Assembly (NCBI GenBank): GCA_001794025.1
Contig: MGJA01000010.1
Coordinates: 26,288 to 70,870 of the forward strand
DNA from: Candidatus Yanofskybacteria bacterium RIFCSPHIGHO2_01_FULL_41_21
GTDB taxonomy: Bacteria; Patescibacteriota; Minisyncoccia; 2-02-FULL-40-12; GWA2-44-9
Length of the DNA: 44,583 nt
Reading direction: 5' to 3'
Under the pieces are notes generated by a model, which was not told where the DNA came from, ran no database searches, and worked only from the letters and a program-made list of their open reading frames with translations. The position numbers were made by a program, and so were the translations under genes. Positions 36,731 to 44,583 of this stretch are shown piece by piece (the first letter of the stretch is position 1; each line of letters opens with the position of its first letter).

Positions 36731-36843
36731 ATCCCGTTAGAAATTAACCCTAACGGGAGCACGACGGTTAATTATTGATTAAAGCTATCTGCCAGTCCCA
36801 CCACCACAAAGCGGTGGACGGGTAGTAAAATTTCTAACGGGAT
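36731..36843. repeat. Family B element; right TIR overlaps the ftsH ATG
   Basis: ATCCCGTTAGAAATT...AATTTCTAACGGGAT(G). Confidence 0.85.
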
Positions 36844-38659
36844 GAAATCCTACATTCGTTATTTTTTAATTGTTTTTGGAATCTTAATGATCACAGCTGG
36901 AATTGCTGCTTTCTTTGATTCTTCTTTTAAGAGTCCCCCCGTTATCGCTCTATCTGAATTAGTTACTAAAATCAATGCCGGTGATATTAAAGAAATTAAC
37001 GTTACGGGTGACACTATTAAAATCATTGCCACCAATGGTGACCAATCTTTAACCAAAAAAGAGACGGCTATTTCTGCGTTTGAAACACTCATCAATCTTG
37101 GAGCTGACAAGGCCAAACTTTCAGCGATAAAAATTCAAATCCAAGAGCCGTCGGGTTTTGAATCCATTGTCTCCGGTCTTATTCCAATCGTCCTTCCGTT
37201 TCTTTTTATCTGGCTAATTTTCTGGTTTATGTTCCGTCAGGCCCAGAAGGGCTCAGGTCAGGCAATGTCTTTTGGGAAATCAAAGGCCCAACTCGCCGAT
37301 ACTTCCGGTGGTAGCCGAAAACCGGTAACATTTGCCGATGTCGCAGGACTCATTGAAGCCAAAGCTGAAGTGTCCGAAATAGTTGAATTCCTAAAAGATC
37401 CAAAGAAATTCCAAAAACTCGGCGCCCGAATTCCCCGTGGTGTTTTGTTGGTCGGTTCACCGGGTACCGGCAAGACCCTCCTTGCCCGAGCGGTTGCCAA
37501 TGAGGCCCATGTCCCCTTTTATTATGTCTCGGGTTCTGAATTCGTAGAAATGTTTGTCGGGGTCGGCGCCAATCGTGTTCGTGACACCTTTGAACTCGCC
37601 AAGAAGACAGCTCCCTCTATTATCTTCATTGATGAAATTGATGCCGTCGGTCGTCACCGTGGAGCCGGTCTTGGTGGTGGTCATGATGAACGCGAACAAA
37701 CTCTCAACCAAATCTTGGTGGAGATGGACGGTTTTGATACTAATAATGCCGTCATTGTAATGGGCGCCACAAATCGTCCTGACATTCTTGATCCGGCCCT
37801 ACTCCGTCCCGGTCGTTTTGACCGACGTGTAATTCTTGATGAACCATCGCTCAAAGACCGCGAGGCGATCTTAAAAATTCATGCTATGGACAAACCCCTC
37901 GCCAAAGATGTTAATCTTGTTCCCGTTGCCGAACGCACCGTGGGATTTTCCGGCGCGGAACTGGCCAATCTGTTAAATGAAGCCGCTATCTTGGCCGCCC
38001 GATCTGATCAAAAAGAAATTACCCAAGACAATATCCTGGAAGCAATTGAAAAGGTCATCCTTGGTCCGGAACGACGCAGTCATATTTTAACCAAAAAAGA
38101 AAAAGAGATTACCGCCTATCACGAAGCCGGCCATGCTTTGGTGGCATCATCATTACCTCACTCCGATAAAGTCCACAAGGTCTCCATTGTTTCTCGCGGT
38201 CGGGCTGGTGGCTTTACTATGAAAGTGCCCAGCGAAGATAAATATCTTAAATCCAAACCGGAATTTGAATCGGAACTGGCGGTTCTTTTGGCCGGTTACG
38301 CTGCCGAAAAATTAATCTTTAAACAAGTAACAACCGGTGCTTCCAATGATTTGAAAGTCGCCTCCGAACTCGCCCGCCGAATGATTACCCAATACGGCAT
38401 GTCCGACACCCTTGGCCCCGTCTCCTTTCACGAAAAAGACGACCTAGTGTTTTTAGGCAAAGATCTTTCTTCGGCTAAAAGTTATTCCGAAACAATCGCC
38501 TATCAGATAGATACAGAGATAAAGAAATTTGTCTCTAAGGGTCTTGCCTCCGCCAAAAAAATATTGTCCCAACACATTGATAAACTCAATCTCATCGCCA
38601 AAGAACTCATCAAAAAAGAAACTCTGGAACAAAAAGAGTTCTACGCCCTCGTTAGGTAG
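36842..38659 (+). CDS. ftsH: ATP-dependent zinc metalloprotease FtsH
   Basis: Two TM helices, [36 protein letters not shown]. Confidence 0.97.
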   Translation: MKSYIRYFLIVFGILMITAGIAAFFDSSFKSPPVIALSELVTKINAGDIKEINVTGDTIKIIATNGDQSLTKKETAISAFETLINLGADKAKLSAIKIQIQEPSGFESIVSGLIPIVLPFLFIWLIFWFMFRQAQKGSGQAMSFGKSKAQLADTSGGSRKPVTFADVAGLIEAKAEVSEIVEFLKDPKKFQKLGARIPRGVLLVGSPGTGKTLLARAVANEAHVPFYYVSGSEFVEMFVGVGANRVRDTFELAKKTAPSIIFIDEIDAVGRHRGAGLGGGHDEREQTLNQILVEMDGFDTNNAVIVMGATNRPDILDPALLRPGRFDRRVILDEPSLKDREAILKIHAMDKPLAKDVNLVPVAERTVGFSGAELANLLNEAAILAARSDQKEITQDNILEAIEKVILGPERRSHILTKKEKEITAYHEAGHALVASSLPHSDKVHKVSIVSRGRAGGFTMKVPSEDKYLKSKPEFESELAVLLAGYAAEKLIFKQVTTGASNDLKVASELARRMITQYGMSDTLGPVSFHEKDDLVFLGKDLSSAKSYSETIAYQIDTEIKKFVSKGLASAKKILSQHIDKLNLIAKELIKKETLEQKEFYALVR

Positions 38660-38722
38660 CGAATAGCCAATAGCGGGTAGTGATTAGAACTTAGTCGGAA
38701 AATATAATAAGCTATGATAGTC

Positions 38723-38794
38723 GGGCGTGTAGCTCAGTGGTAGAGCACGTCACTTATAATGACGCGGTCGATGGTTCGATCCCATCCACGCCCA
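38723..38794 (+). tRNA. tRNA-Ile(TAT)
   Basis: GGGCGTGTAGCTCAGTGGTAGAGCA-CGTCA-CT-TAT-AA-TGACG..GGTTCGATCCC..CACGCCCA. Confidence 0.88.
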
Positions 38795-38811
38795 CAGCAG
38801 TTTAAAATTAT

Positions 38812-38884
38812 GCGCGGTTAGCTCAGTTGGTAGAGCGCTTCCTTTACACGGAAGATGTCGAGGGTTCGAGTCCTTCACCGCGCA
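38812..38884 (+). tRNA. tRNA-Val(TAC)
   Basis: CTTCC-TT-TAC-AC-GGAAG anticodon arm in a full cloverleaf. Confidence 0.93.
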
Positions 38885-38888
38885 CAAA

Positions 38889-39608
38889 ATGCAAATCTCC
38901 AAAGTTTACGAAGACGATAATCTTCTTGTTATCAATAAACCGGCGGGACTTATCGTTCATCCTAAAAATGCAAGTGATATTCAGGAAAGTGTCGTCTCTT
39001 GGCTCATTAAAGAATACCCCAACATCGAAAATGTCGGCGAACCTTTTATCGCTTCAGGCACGGAAAGTCCCCGAGCCGGTATTGTTCATCGTTTAGACAA
39101 AGACACCTCAGGTCTTTTGGTTGTCGCCAAAAACAATGAGACCTTTTATTACCTAAAATCCCTCTTCCAGACCCGTAAAATTCAAAAACATTATTACGCT
39201 CTCGTGTATGGCCGACCCAAGGAAGGCCACGGAATTATTGATGCCCCCATGGGTAGAATCGGCCTAAAACGAACCATCAAACTCGATGGCAGCAAGTTAA
39301 TCGATGGTAAATCTGCAATTACTGAATACGAAATTGCCAAGAGTTTTGATAAATTTACCCTATTAGATGTTGCCCCTAAGACCGGCCGAACTCATCAAAT
39401 TCGCGTCCACCTCCAATCTATTGGTTGCCCTATTGTTGGAGATCCCATCTATGGACCAAAGGGTTGGCAAAAACCCGCCGGGCTGACTCGCCTCTTTCTT
39501 CATGCCTACAAACTTGAATTTACCACTCAAGATGGTAAATCGTTAGTATTGGAATGCGAACTCCCTTTAGAACTAAAAACTATACTTGAGGATTTATCCC
39601 GCACATAA
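38889..39608 (+). CDS. RluA/RluD-family pseudouridine synthase
   Basis: INKPAGLIVHP, GIVHRLDKDTSG, TGRTHQIRVHL, LFLHA. Confidence 0.93.
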   Translation: MQISKVYEDDNLLVINKPAGLIVHPKNASDIQESVVSWLIKEYPNIENVGEPFIASGTESPRAGIVHRLDKDTSGLLVVAKNNETFYYLKSLFQTRKIQKHYYALVYGRPKEGHGIIDAPMGRIGLKRTIKLDGSKLIDGKSAITEYEIAKSFDKFTLLDVAPKTGRTHQIRVHLQSIGCPIVGDPIYGPKGWQKPAGLTRLFLHAYKLEFTTQDGKSLVLECELPLELKTILEDLSRT

Positions 39609-39655
39609 GGAGGACCACCTCTGATGGCCCCGCCGGTCCTCCTTATGTGCGGGAT
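39596..39655. repeat. 21-bp perfect inverted repeat overlapping the pseudouridine synthase stop
   Basis: ATCCCGCACATAAGGAGGACC/GGTCCTCCTTATGTGCGGGAT. Confidence 0.7.
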
Positions 39656-39694
39656 TTACAGAAAGTCATCTCTGTGCTAGAATAACCAAGCATT

Positions 39695-40102
39695 ATGAAT
39701 TCTATATCTAAATTCCGAACCGGCCTGACGGAAACCGACAAATTTGAAACCATTAAACCTGGCTGGACTATTCGCGTTAACCAAAGAATTAAAGAAGGTG
39801 AAAAGACCCGCGTGCAGGCCTTTGAGGGTATGGTTATTTCTCGTAAGCACGGCTCTGAAGCCGGGGGTACCATTACTGTCCGCAAGGTATCTGATAACAT
39901 CGGCGTTGAAAAAACATTCCCAATTTATCTCCCCTCAATTGAGAGTGTCAAAGTTGTCCGCAAGGCCAAAGTTCGTCGCGCTAAACTCTATTTCCTCCGC
40001 GATAAGACCAACAAAGAAATCCGTAAGAAAATCCGCACCGAACAACCAAAAGTCATTACTAAAGTCAGTAAGAAAAAGAAAGCGGTTGAAGTCGCCGAGT
40101 AA
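39695..40102 (+). CDS. rplS: 50S ribosomal protein L19
   Basis: IKEGEKTRVQAFEGMVI, TITVRKVS..IGVEKTFP, KVRRAKLYFLR. Confidence 0.96.
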   Translation: MNSISKFRTGLTETDKFETIKPGWTIRVNQRIKEGEKTRVQAFEGMVISRKHGSEAGGTITVRKVSDNIGVEKTFPIYLPSIESVKVVRKAKVRRAKLYFLRDKTNKEIRKKIRTEQPKVITKVSKKKKAVEVAE

Positions 40103-40145
40103 TCTTCTCAATAAATCTCTTTTCTGTTAGAATTTCTCATACATT

Positions 40146-40232
40146 GCGGACGTGGCGAAACTGGCAGACGCACTACCTTGAGGTGGTAACGGGGGCAACC
40201 CCATGGAGGTTCAAATCCTCTCGTCCGCACCA
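40146..40232 (+). tRNA. tRNA-Leu(GAG)
   Basis: GCGGACGTGGCGAAACTGGCAGACGC, TT-GAG-GT loop, long variable arm, CCA. Confidence 0.9.
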
Positions 40233-40292
40233 AGCGACTGAAGAGAAGCGAAGTGCCCTGCTCCAGAAGGAGCGGGTGCAGTTCCTCATGAA

Positions 40293-40368
40293 GCGCGGTT
40301 AGCTCAATTGGTAGAGCGCCACATTGACGTTGTGGATGTTATAGGTTCGAGTCCTATACCGCGCACCA
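40293..40368 (+). tRNA. tRNA-Val(GAC)
   Basis: CCACA-TT-GAC-GT-TGTGG; CCA end. Confidence 0.93.
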
Positions 40369-40378
40369 AAACATAACC

Positions 40379-40416
40379 AATCAAAAACTCCCTTGAGGGA
40401 GTTTTTGATTGAGGTG
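40379..40416. terminator. Terminator hairpin; inverted copy at 42227-42264
   Basis: AATCAAAAACTCCC-ttga-GGGAGTTTTTGATT-GAGGTG. Confidence 0.75.
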
Positions 40417-40447
40417 TTATTTGACGAGAAATATTTGGTATTTTATT

Positions 40448-41599
40448 TTATAATCCAACGTCAACTTTCACCTCTGTTTCTGACTCAACTTCAATAGAAT
40501 CTTCGGAAGATGTTTCTTGATCTGATTCATTTTCCGTTTCTTCTTTTATTTCTATATCATCATCAACGTCAGGTATCTTCATCTCAAGTTCAATTTTTTC
40601 ATTCATATCCACTAAAAGTTTGGCTTCCTGCGCAATACGAATTGCCTCTTGGAAACTTGCGAAAGCTTCTCCGTACGTTTGCGCTTCTATTTCCGCTTTT
40701 CCGCGAGCAACCACGCTTTCTGCTACTTCAAGTCGGGCTTCCGCCTGCGCGCTAACGCTTGCGCTTACGGATGATTTCATCTGTTCAATAAAGTTGCGAG
40801 CTTCACTGATTTTATTTTCCGCCGCTTTAAGCTTTCCTTCTGCGGCAGATCTAAATTCGCCATTTGCCTCAACGGACACTTTTACTTCAGCGTTACTTCG
40901 AGCTTTCACAGTTGTGTTTAAGAGAGCGCGAACTTCCAATAAAAGGGATTCTACCTCAGCGCGAATGTTCCCTTTTTCGGCGGCTATCCGAGATAATACT
41001 TGTTCATGGGCTTTAAGTGATGCCTCAAAATCTGAATTGATTTCAAGAGAAGCATTTGTATTTTGTTCTGTCTCTATTTTTTTCGTCTGATCTTCAAACG
41101 CCTTAGAATGACCATCTAAACGAGATTCTATTTGAGCGCGCATCTCGGCATTTAAGCGCCCCTCCGCGGCAAGTTTTTCAGCTTCTTCCAAACGTCGCTC
41201 AACTCGGCGCGCATCCCATTTGGCTTGCGCTTCACTAGAAACAGCGAACCAACCACGAACTTCCTCATTAACGCTGACTTTCACTGGGTACAAGACATCC
41301 CCGGTAAGAGCACTTTCAGCGGCAAATGATGTCCCTCCCCCAACAAGTAATGCGATAATTAATATAATAGGCATAGGTTGTAGTTTATTAATTAATATTT
41401 TTTTTAATGTCAATATTTCCACGAAAGAGGAAATATAGGATTTCGACCTTTCCTGCAATATGTGTCGTATAGAGTCCACATTTCTTACAGGGTGTTTTTC
41501 TGTAAATAACAACAACTCCGCCCTCATTTTCTCTTTTTCTATAGACGAGAGCTTTACCAGTTCTACTTTATTAAAAATGTTTAGAGAATTTTTGTCCAT
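40448..41599 (-). CDS. Membrane-anchored helical protein (DUF5667-like), probable anti-sigma partner
   Basis: GGGTSFAAESALTGDVLYPVKVSVNEEV..RRLEEAEKL; directly downstream of the ECF sigma factor. Confidence 0.7.
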   Translation of the reverse strand: MDKNSLNIFNKVELVKLSSIEKEKMRAELLLFTEKHPVRNVDSIRHILQERSKSYISSFVEILTLKKILINKLQPMPIILIIALLVGGGTSFAAESALTGDVLYPVKVSVNEEVRGWFAVSSEAQAKWDARRVERRLEEAEKLAAEGRLNAEMRAQIESRLDGHSKAFEDQTKKIETEQNTNASLEINSDFEASLKAHEQVLSRIAAEKGNIRAEVESLLLEVRALLNTTVKARSNAEVKVSVEANGEFRSAAEGKLKAAENKISEARNFIEQMKSSVSASVSAQAEARLEVAESVVARGKAEIEAQTYGEAFASFQEAIRIAQEAKLLVDMNEKIELEMKIPDVDDDIEIKEETENESDQETSSEDSIEVESETEVKVDVGL

Positions 41600-41611
41600 A
41601 ATATTTAATGA

Positions 41612-42118
41612 CTAATCTAGTTCTTTTTCTGTTAATTGCCGCAGTTTGTTCATTCCTCTATGAATACGCACCGATACAACATTTTCTGATACTCCTAGTA
41701 CAGCTGATATTTCTTTCGGAGATAGATCGTCAATAAACCGCATCTGTACAATATTTCTATATGATTCATCCAATAGTTTCAGCTTCTGAACAATACCTTT
41801 CGCCACAAGGCGCTGTTCCAGATTGGACGCATGCTCATCTTCGGGGGAAAACCCTTCTTCCATAAGTTTATCTAACGAAAGGGTCTTTTTCCTTCTTATT
41901 TCGTCCACGATGACATTGTGCAATATGCGGTATAAAAAGGCGCGAATATTTTCAATTTCTTTGCCTTGAGAGAGATATATCCATGTCCTGCAGAATGTCT
42001 CCTGCACCAAGTCCTTTGCCAGCTCTCGGTCATAGATTCTGAAGTAGCAATGACGAAACAACGCATCAGCGTATGCATCGTGCACTGCCAAAAATTGTTC
42101 TTCAATACCGGGCTTCAT
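41612..42118 (-). CDS. ECF-type RNA polymerase sigma factor
   Basis: AKDLVQETF..W, RAFLYRI..N..VDEIR, LSPKEISAVLGVSENVVSVRIHRG. Confidence 0.92.
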   Translation of the reverse strand: MKPGIEEQFLAVHDAYADALFRHCYFRIYDRELAKDLVQETFCRTWIYLSQGKEIENIRAFLYRILHNVIVDEIRRKKTLSLDKLMEEGFSPEDEHASNLEQRLVAKGIVQKLKLLDESYRNIVQMRFIDDLSPKEISAVLGVSENVVSVRIHRGMNKLRQLTEKELD

Positions 42119-42226
42119 GATAGATGTCGGAAAGAATGCAAAAATCTTACATCAATATTTCTTTAATAGTACCAAAATATTTGGAATTGGAAATAGAAAA
42201 AAGGATCCAATTTCGTCAAACAATCG

Positions 42227-42264
42227 CACCTCAATCAAAAACTCCCAGATGGGAGTTTTTGATT
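42227..42264. terminator. Terminator hairpin 3' of tRNA-Phe; inverted copy of 40379-40416
   Basis: CACCTC-AATCAAAAACTCCC-agat-GGGAGTTTTTGATT. Confidence 0.75.
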
Positions 42265-42270
42265 TTCATG

Positions 42271-42342
42271 TGCCGGGTCCCAGAGTCGAACTGGGCACGC
42301 CTGCCTCTTCAGGGCAGCGCTCTACCGATGAGCTAACCCGGC
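42271..42342 (-). tRNA. tRNA-Phe(GAA)
   Basis: GCCGGGTTAGCTCATCGGTAGAGCG-CTGCC-CT-GAA-GA-GGCAG. Confidence 0.92.
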
Positions 42343-42496
42343 AATCACTAACGGGTCAATCATATCATCTGCCTTATCTTTTTTCAATTGTTATCCCCTT
42401 TTTTGATGACATATGCACTTTTCCACTTTCAAAACCGAACCCGTGTGTTATATTAAAGGTATAAACTACAGACAACTTCTAAAATATATCAACATT

Positions 42497-43156
42497 ATGA
42501 GAAAAGATAAAGTTAGAGTTTATAAATTACGACGAGAGGGTAAGAGTTACAAAGAGATAAGAAAACTCCTAGGTACTCCTTTAAGTACCATCGCTGGTTG
42601 GTTGAAAGATGAGGAATGGTCAAAACAAATAAGAGATGAGTTGGGGGCAAAAGAATCCATGGCATTCCCCTCAAAATTAATTGCTATCCAAAAAGCCAAC
42701 AAAGCCCGATGGATAAAGAAATATAAAGAATACAAGTCAACTGCCGAATTGGAATTTTCTAAGTTTCAAAACGATCCTCTTTTTATATCAGGGCTTATGC
42801 TTTTTTGGGGTGAAGGAAATAAATCCCCCAAAGACAGCACTGTCAGATTGGCCAACAGTGACCCAGCCATGATTAGAATATTTTATAATTTTCTTACCAT
42901 TACCATGAATATTGATCCGGAAAAAATAAAAATACACTTACTGCTATACCCAGATCTTGTAGATGATATGCAAAAATCATTCTGGAGCAAATCTATAGGC
43001 ATTCCACTATCCCAATTTATAAAATCAACCTACATAAAAGGTAAGCATCCGACACGCCGATTATCATATGGGGTTTGTATGATTTACGTATGTAGCCGAG
43101 AGTTGAAAGACAAGATATTGGTTTGGTTAAATCTCTATCAAAAACTTCTTGTCTAA
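42497..43156 (+). CDS. N-terminal HTH plus LAGLIDADG-like domain protein
   Basis: LRREGKSYKEIRKLLGTPLSTIAGWLK (HTH); ISGLMLFWGEGNK..VRLANSDPAMI. Confidence 0.65.
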   Translation: MRKDKVRVYKLRREGKSYKEIRKLLGTPLSTIAGWLKDEEWSKQIRDELGAKESMAFPSKLIAIQKANKARWIKKYKEYKSTAELEFSKFQNDPLFISGLMLFWGEGNKSPKDSTVRLANSDPAMIRIFYNFLTITMNIDPEKIKIHLLLYPDLVDDMQKSFWSKSIGIPLSQFIKSTYIKGKHPTRRLSYGVCMIYVCSRELKDKILVWLNLYQKLLV

Positions 43157-43191
43157 TGGTTATTTTTGAGGTAACATACAAAACATAATTC

Positions 43192-43265
43192 GCGGGTATA
43201 ATATAGTAGTAGTATATTTCCTTGCCAAGGAAAAAGCGTGGGTGCAAATCCCATTACCCGCTCCA
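43192..43265 (+). tRNA. tRNA-Gly(GCC)
   Basis: GCGGGTA..TTTCC-TT-GCC-AA-GGAAA..GGGTGCAAATCCC..TACCCGCTCCA. Confidence 0.88.
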
Positions 43266-43311
43266 ATACAAAAACAGGCCCTAGGGCCTGTTTTTGTATT
43301 GGAGCGGGTCT

Positions 43312-44583
43312 TTATCTAATAACTCCACCCCACTCAATAACTGTAAATCCTTCCCGTGGAATTGAATGTAACTGGACGGGCTCCACTTGGACTGGTTTAT
43401 TCAATGGAGAAAAGTCCATCAATATGCGAATGATTGTGTCCGGCTTAGGAACAACCAGCATTGGCGCCAAAGTGTCCATCGCCTGAGTGCCGAGGAAACT
43501 AACAAAATAGTACGGGGATCCCTGCATACGTGGCTCCCAAAATTCAACAAAATTAGCAATCTCTTTTGTATTTAATCCAAGCTTAGTTAACGAACTTAAC
43601 AAGAACGTATGAACATTACTTTGAGCCACAACAAACCCTTTCTTCGGTTGCTCATAAATTCCACCCCTTCCCTCCCAGAACAAGTATGGATATTGTTTTC
43701 CCGATTGTATTTCCGTAAGTGTTCCATCCGGCTGGGCTAAAACTTTCCACCCATTATCATACTGGGGTTCCGTATAACTGAAACCTCCTTGGGGCTCAAG
43801 ATACACAGAAACTTCAGTTGCATGTTCCGGATAAAGATAGATTACCGGTTTACCACATTCGGCTTCCGGAACAAATTTTGCGTTTTCAAACTTGATTAAG
43901 CGCTGGAACGGATCCACCCAAAAGAACATCGGGTGAGAATTTATATATTCTTCGTAAGTAAATCTGTCTTTAAGATATTTATTCTCATAACTATCCTTTA
44001 AGAGCTTGTGGTTAGTATCTTTGAGTTGATAAATGGTGTCACCTTTTGAGTTTGTTCCGGCAACAACAAGATCACTTGTTTGATTTATTGTGTCTGTAAC
44101 TACTGAAGCGTAGTTACTACTACCACAACCGGTTACATCTGAATAGTTATATTGATCAGTATTGCGCGAACCACCACTCCAAGTCACTTGGGGTACTCTA
44201 TCATCCCCCACAAAATCAACTACGAGCTTATAGGCAACCTTAGTTCCATCAGGAGCGCGCATATAAAATCCATTTCTAGTTGTAGTATCTTGGACCCTCG
44301 AAGTAAATACATCTCCTTGGGAAATACTGAATGACTTTTCTGAATTTGTAACTAATAAATCAAACATCCCGCGGAAAGTGGAATCACGCTTAAGAATCTG
44401 TCGAGGTTTCAGCCCTTTGATTTCATCAGGAAAAGCTAATCCGGGTAATTCATAGTCCGCGTCTACCGTTACTCCACTATTTAACTTCATATACTGACCG
44501 TCACCAAGTGAATCTGATTGTTTTTTAAGAACATAAATATCTGATCCTCTCGATTGTGAAGACATTAAAACCATTCTATAAAT
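43312..44583 (-). CDS. Hypothetical protein with a C-terminal KPVIYLYP domain; probably 5'-truncated by the window edge
   Basis: CGKPVIYLYP, YPYLFWEG, LGLN.KE...F.EFW, GFTVIEWGG. Confidence 0.75.
   Translation of the reverse strand: MYRMVLMSSQSRGSDIYVLKKQSDSLGDGQYMKLNSGVTVDADYELPGLAFPDEIKGLKPRQILKRDSTFRGMFDLLVTNSEKSFSISQGDVFTSRVQDTTTRNGFYMRAPDGTKVAYKLVVDFVGDDRVPQVTWSGGSRNTDQYNYSDVTGCGSSNYASVVTDTINQTSDLVVAGTNSKGDTIYQLKDTNHKLLKDSYENKYLKDRFTYEEYINSHPMFFWVDPFQRLIKFENAKFVPEAECGKPVIYLYPEHATEVSVYLEPQGGFSYTEPQYDNGWKVLAQPDGTLTEIQSGKQYPYLFWEGRGGIYEQPKKGFVVAQSNVHTFLLSSLTKLGLNTKEIANFVEFWEPRMQGSPYYFVSFLGTQAMDTLAPMLVVPKPDTIIRILMDFSPLNKPVQVEPVQLHSIPREGFTVIEWGGVIR

Overview
This 44.6-kb window looks like the chromosome of a Patescibacteria/CPR (Parcubacteria-like) bacterium using the standard code (TGA is a stop). 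The taxonomy is inferred from gene style: VirB2-like pilin arrays, a short ValRS, an IleRS with an inserted phosphatase domain and a tRNA-Ile(UAU). Housekeeping genes are recO, ileS, argS, a DegP-like protease, smpB, tmRNA, infC-rpmI-rplT, tsaD, valS, gyrA, an S1 protein, ftsH, rplS and 8 tRNAs. The main accessory system is a complete diversity-generating retroelement (DGR) at about 7.6-10.1 kb. It has a template repeat (7675-7795, +), avd (-), a reverse transcriptase (+) and a GC-rich target gene (-). The target's variable repeat (9350-9470) differs from the TR at 23 adenines and only one non-adenine. The RT is split by a frameshift inside a (GA)9G tract that losing one GA unit would repair, and the four parts alternate strand. 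The window also holds a GIY-YIG nuclease gene bounded by 15-bp inverted repeats that recur as short non-coding elements supplying start codons, several two-copy structured repeat families, heptamer tandem repeats inserted in frame in essential genes, and a pilin/Ig/transglycosylase surface cluster. All alignments and counts were done by eye; no database searches were run.
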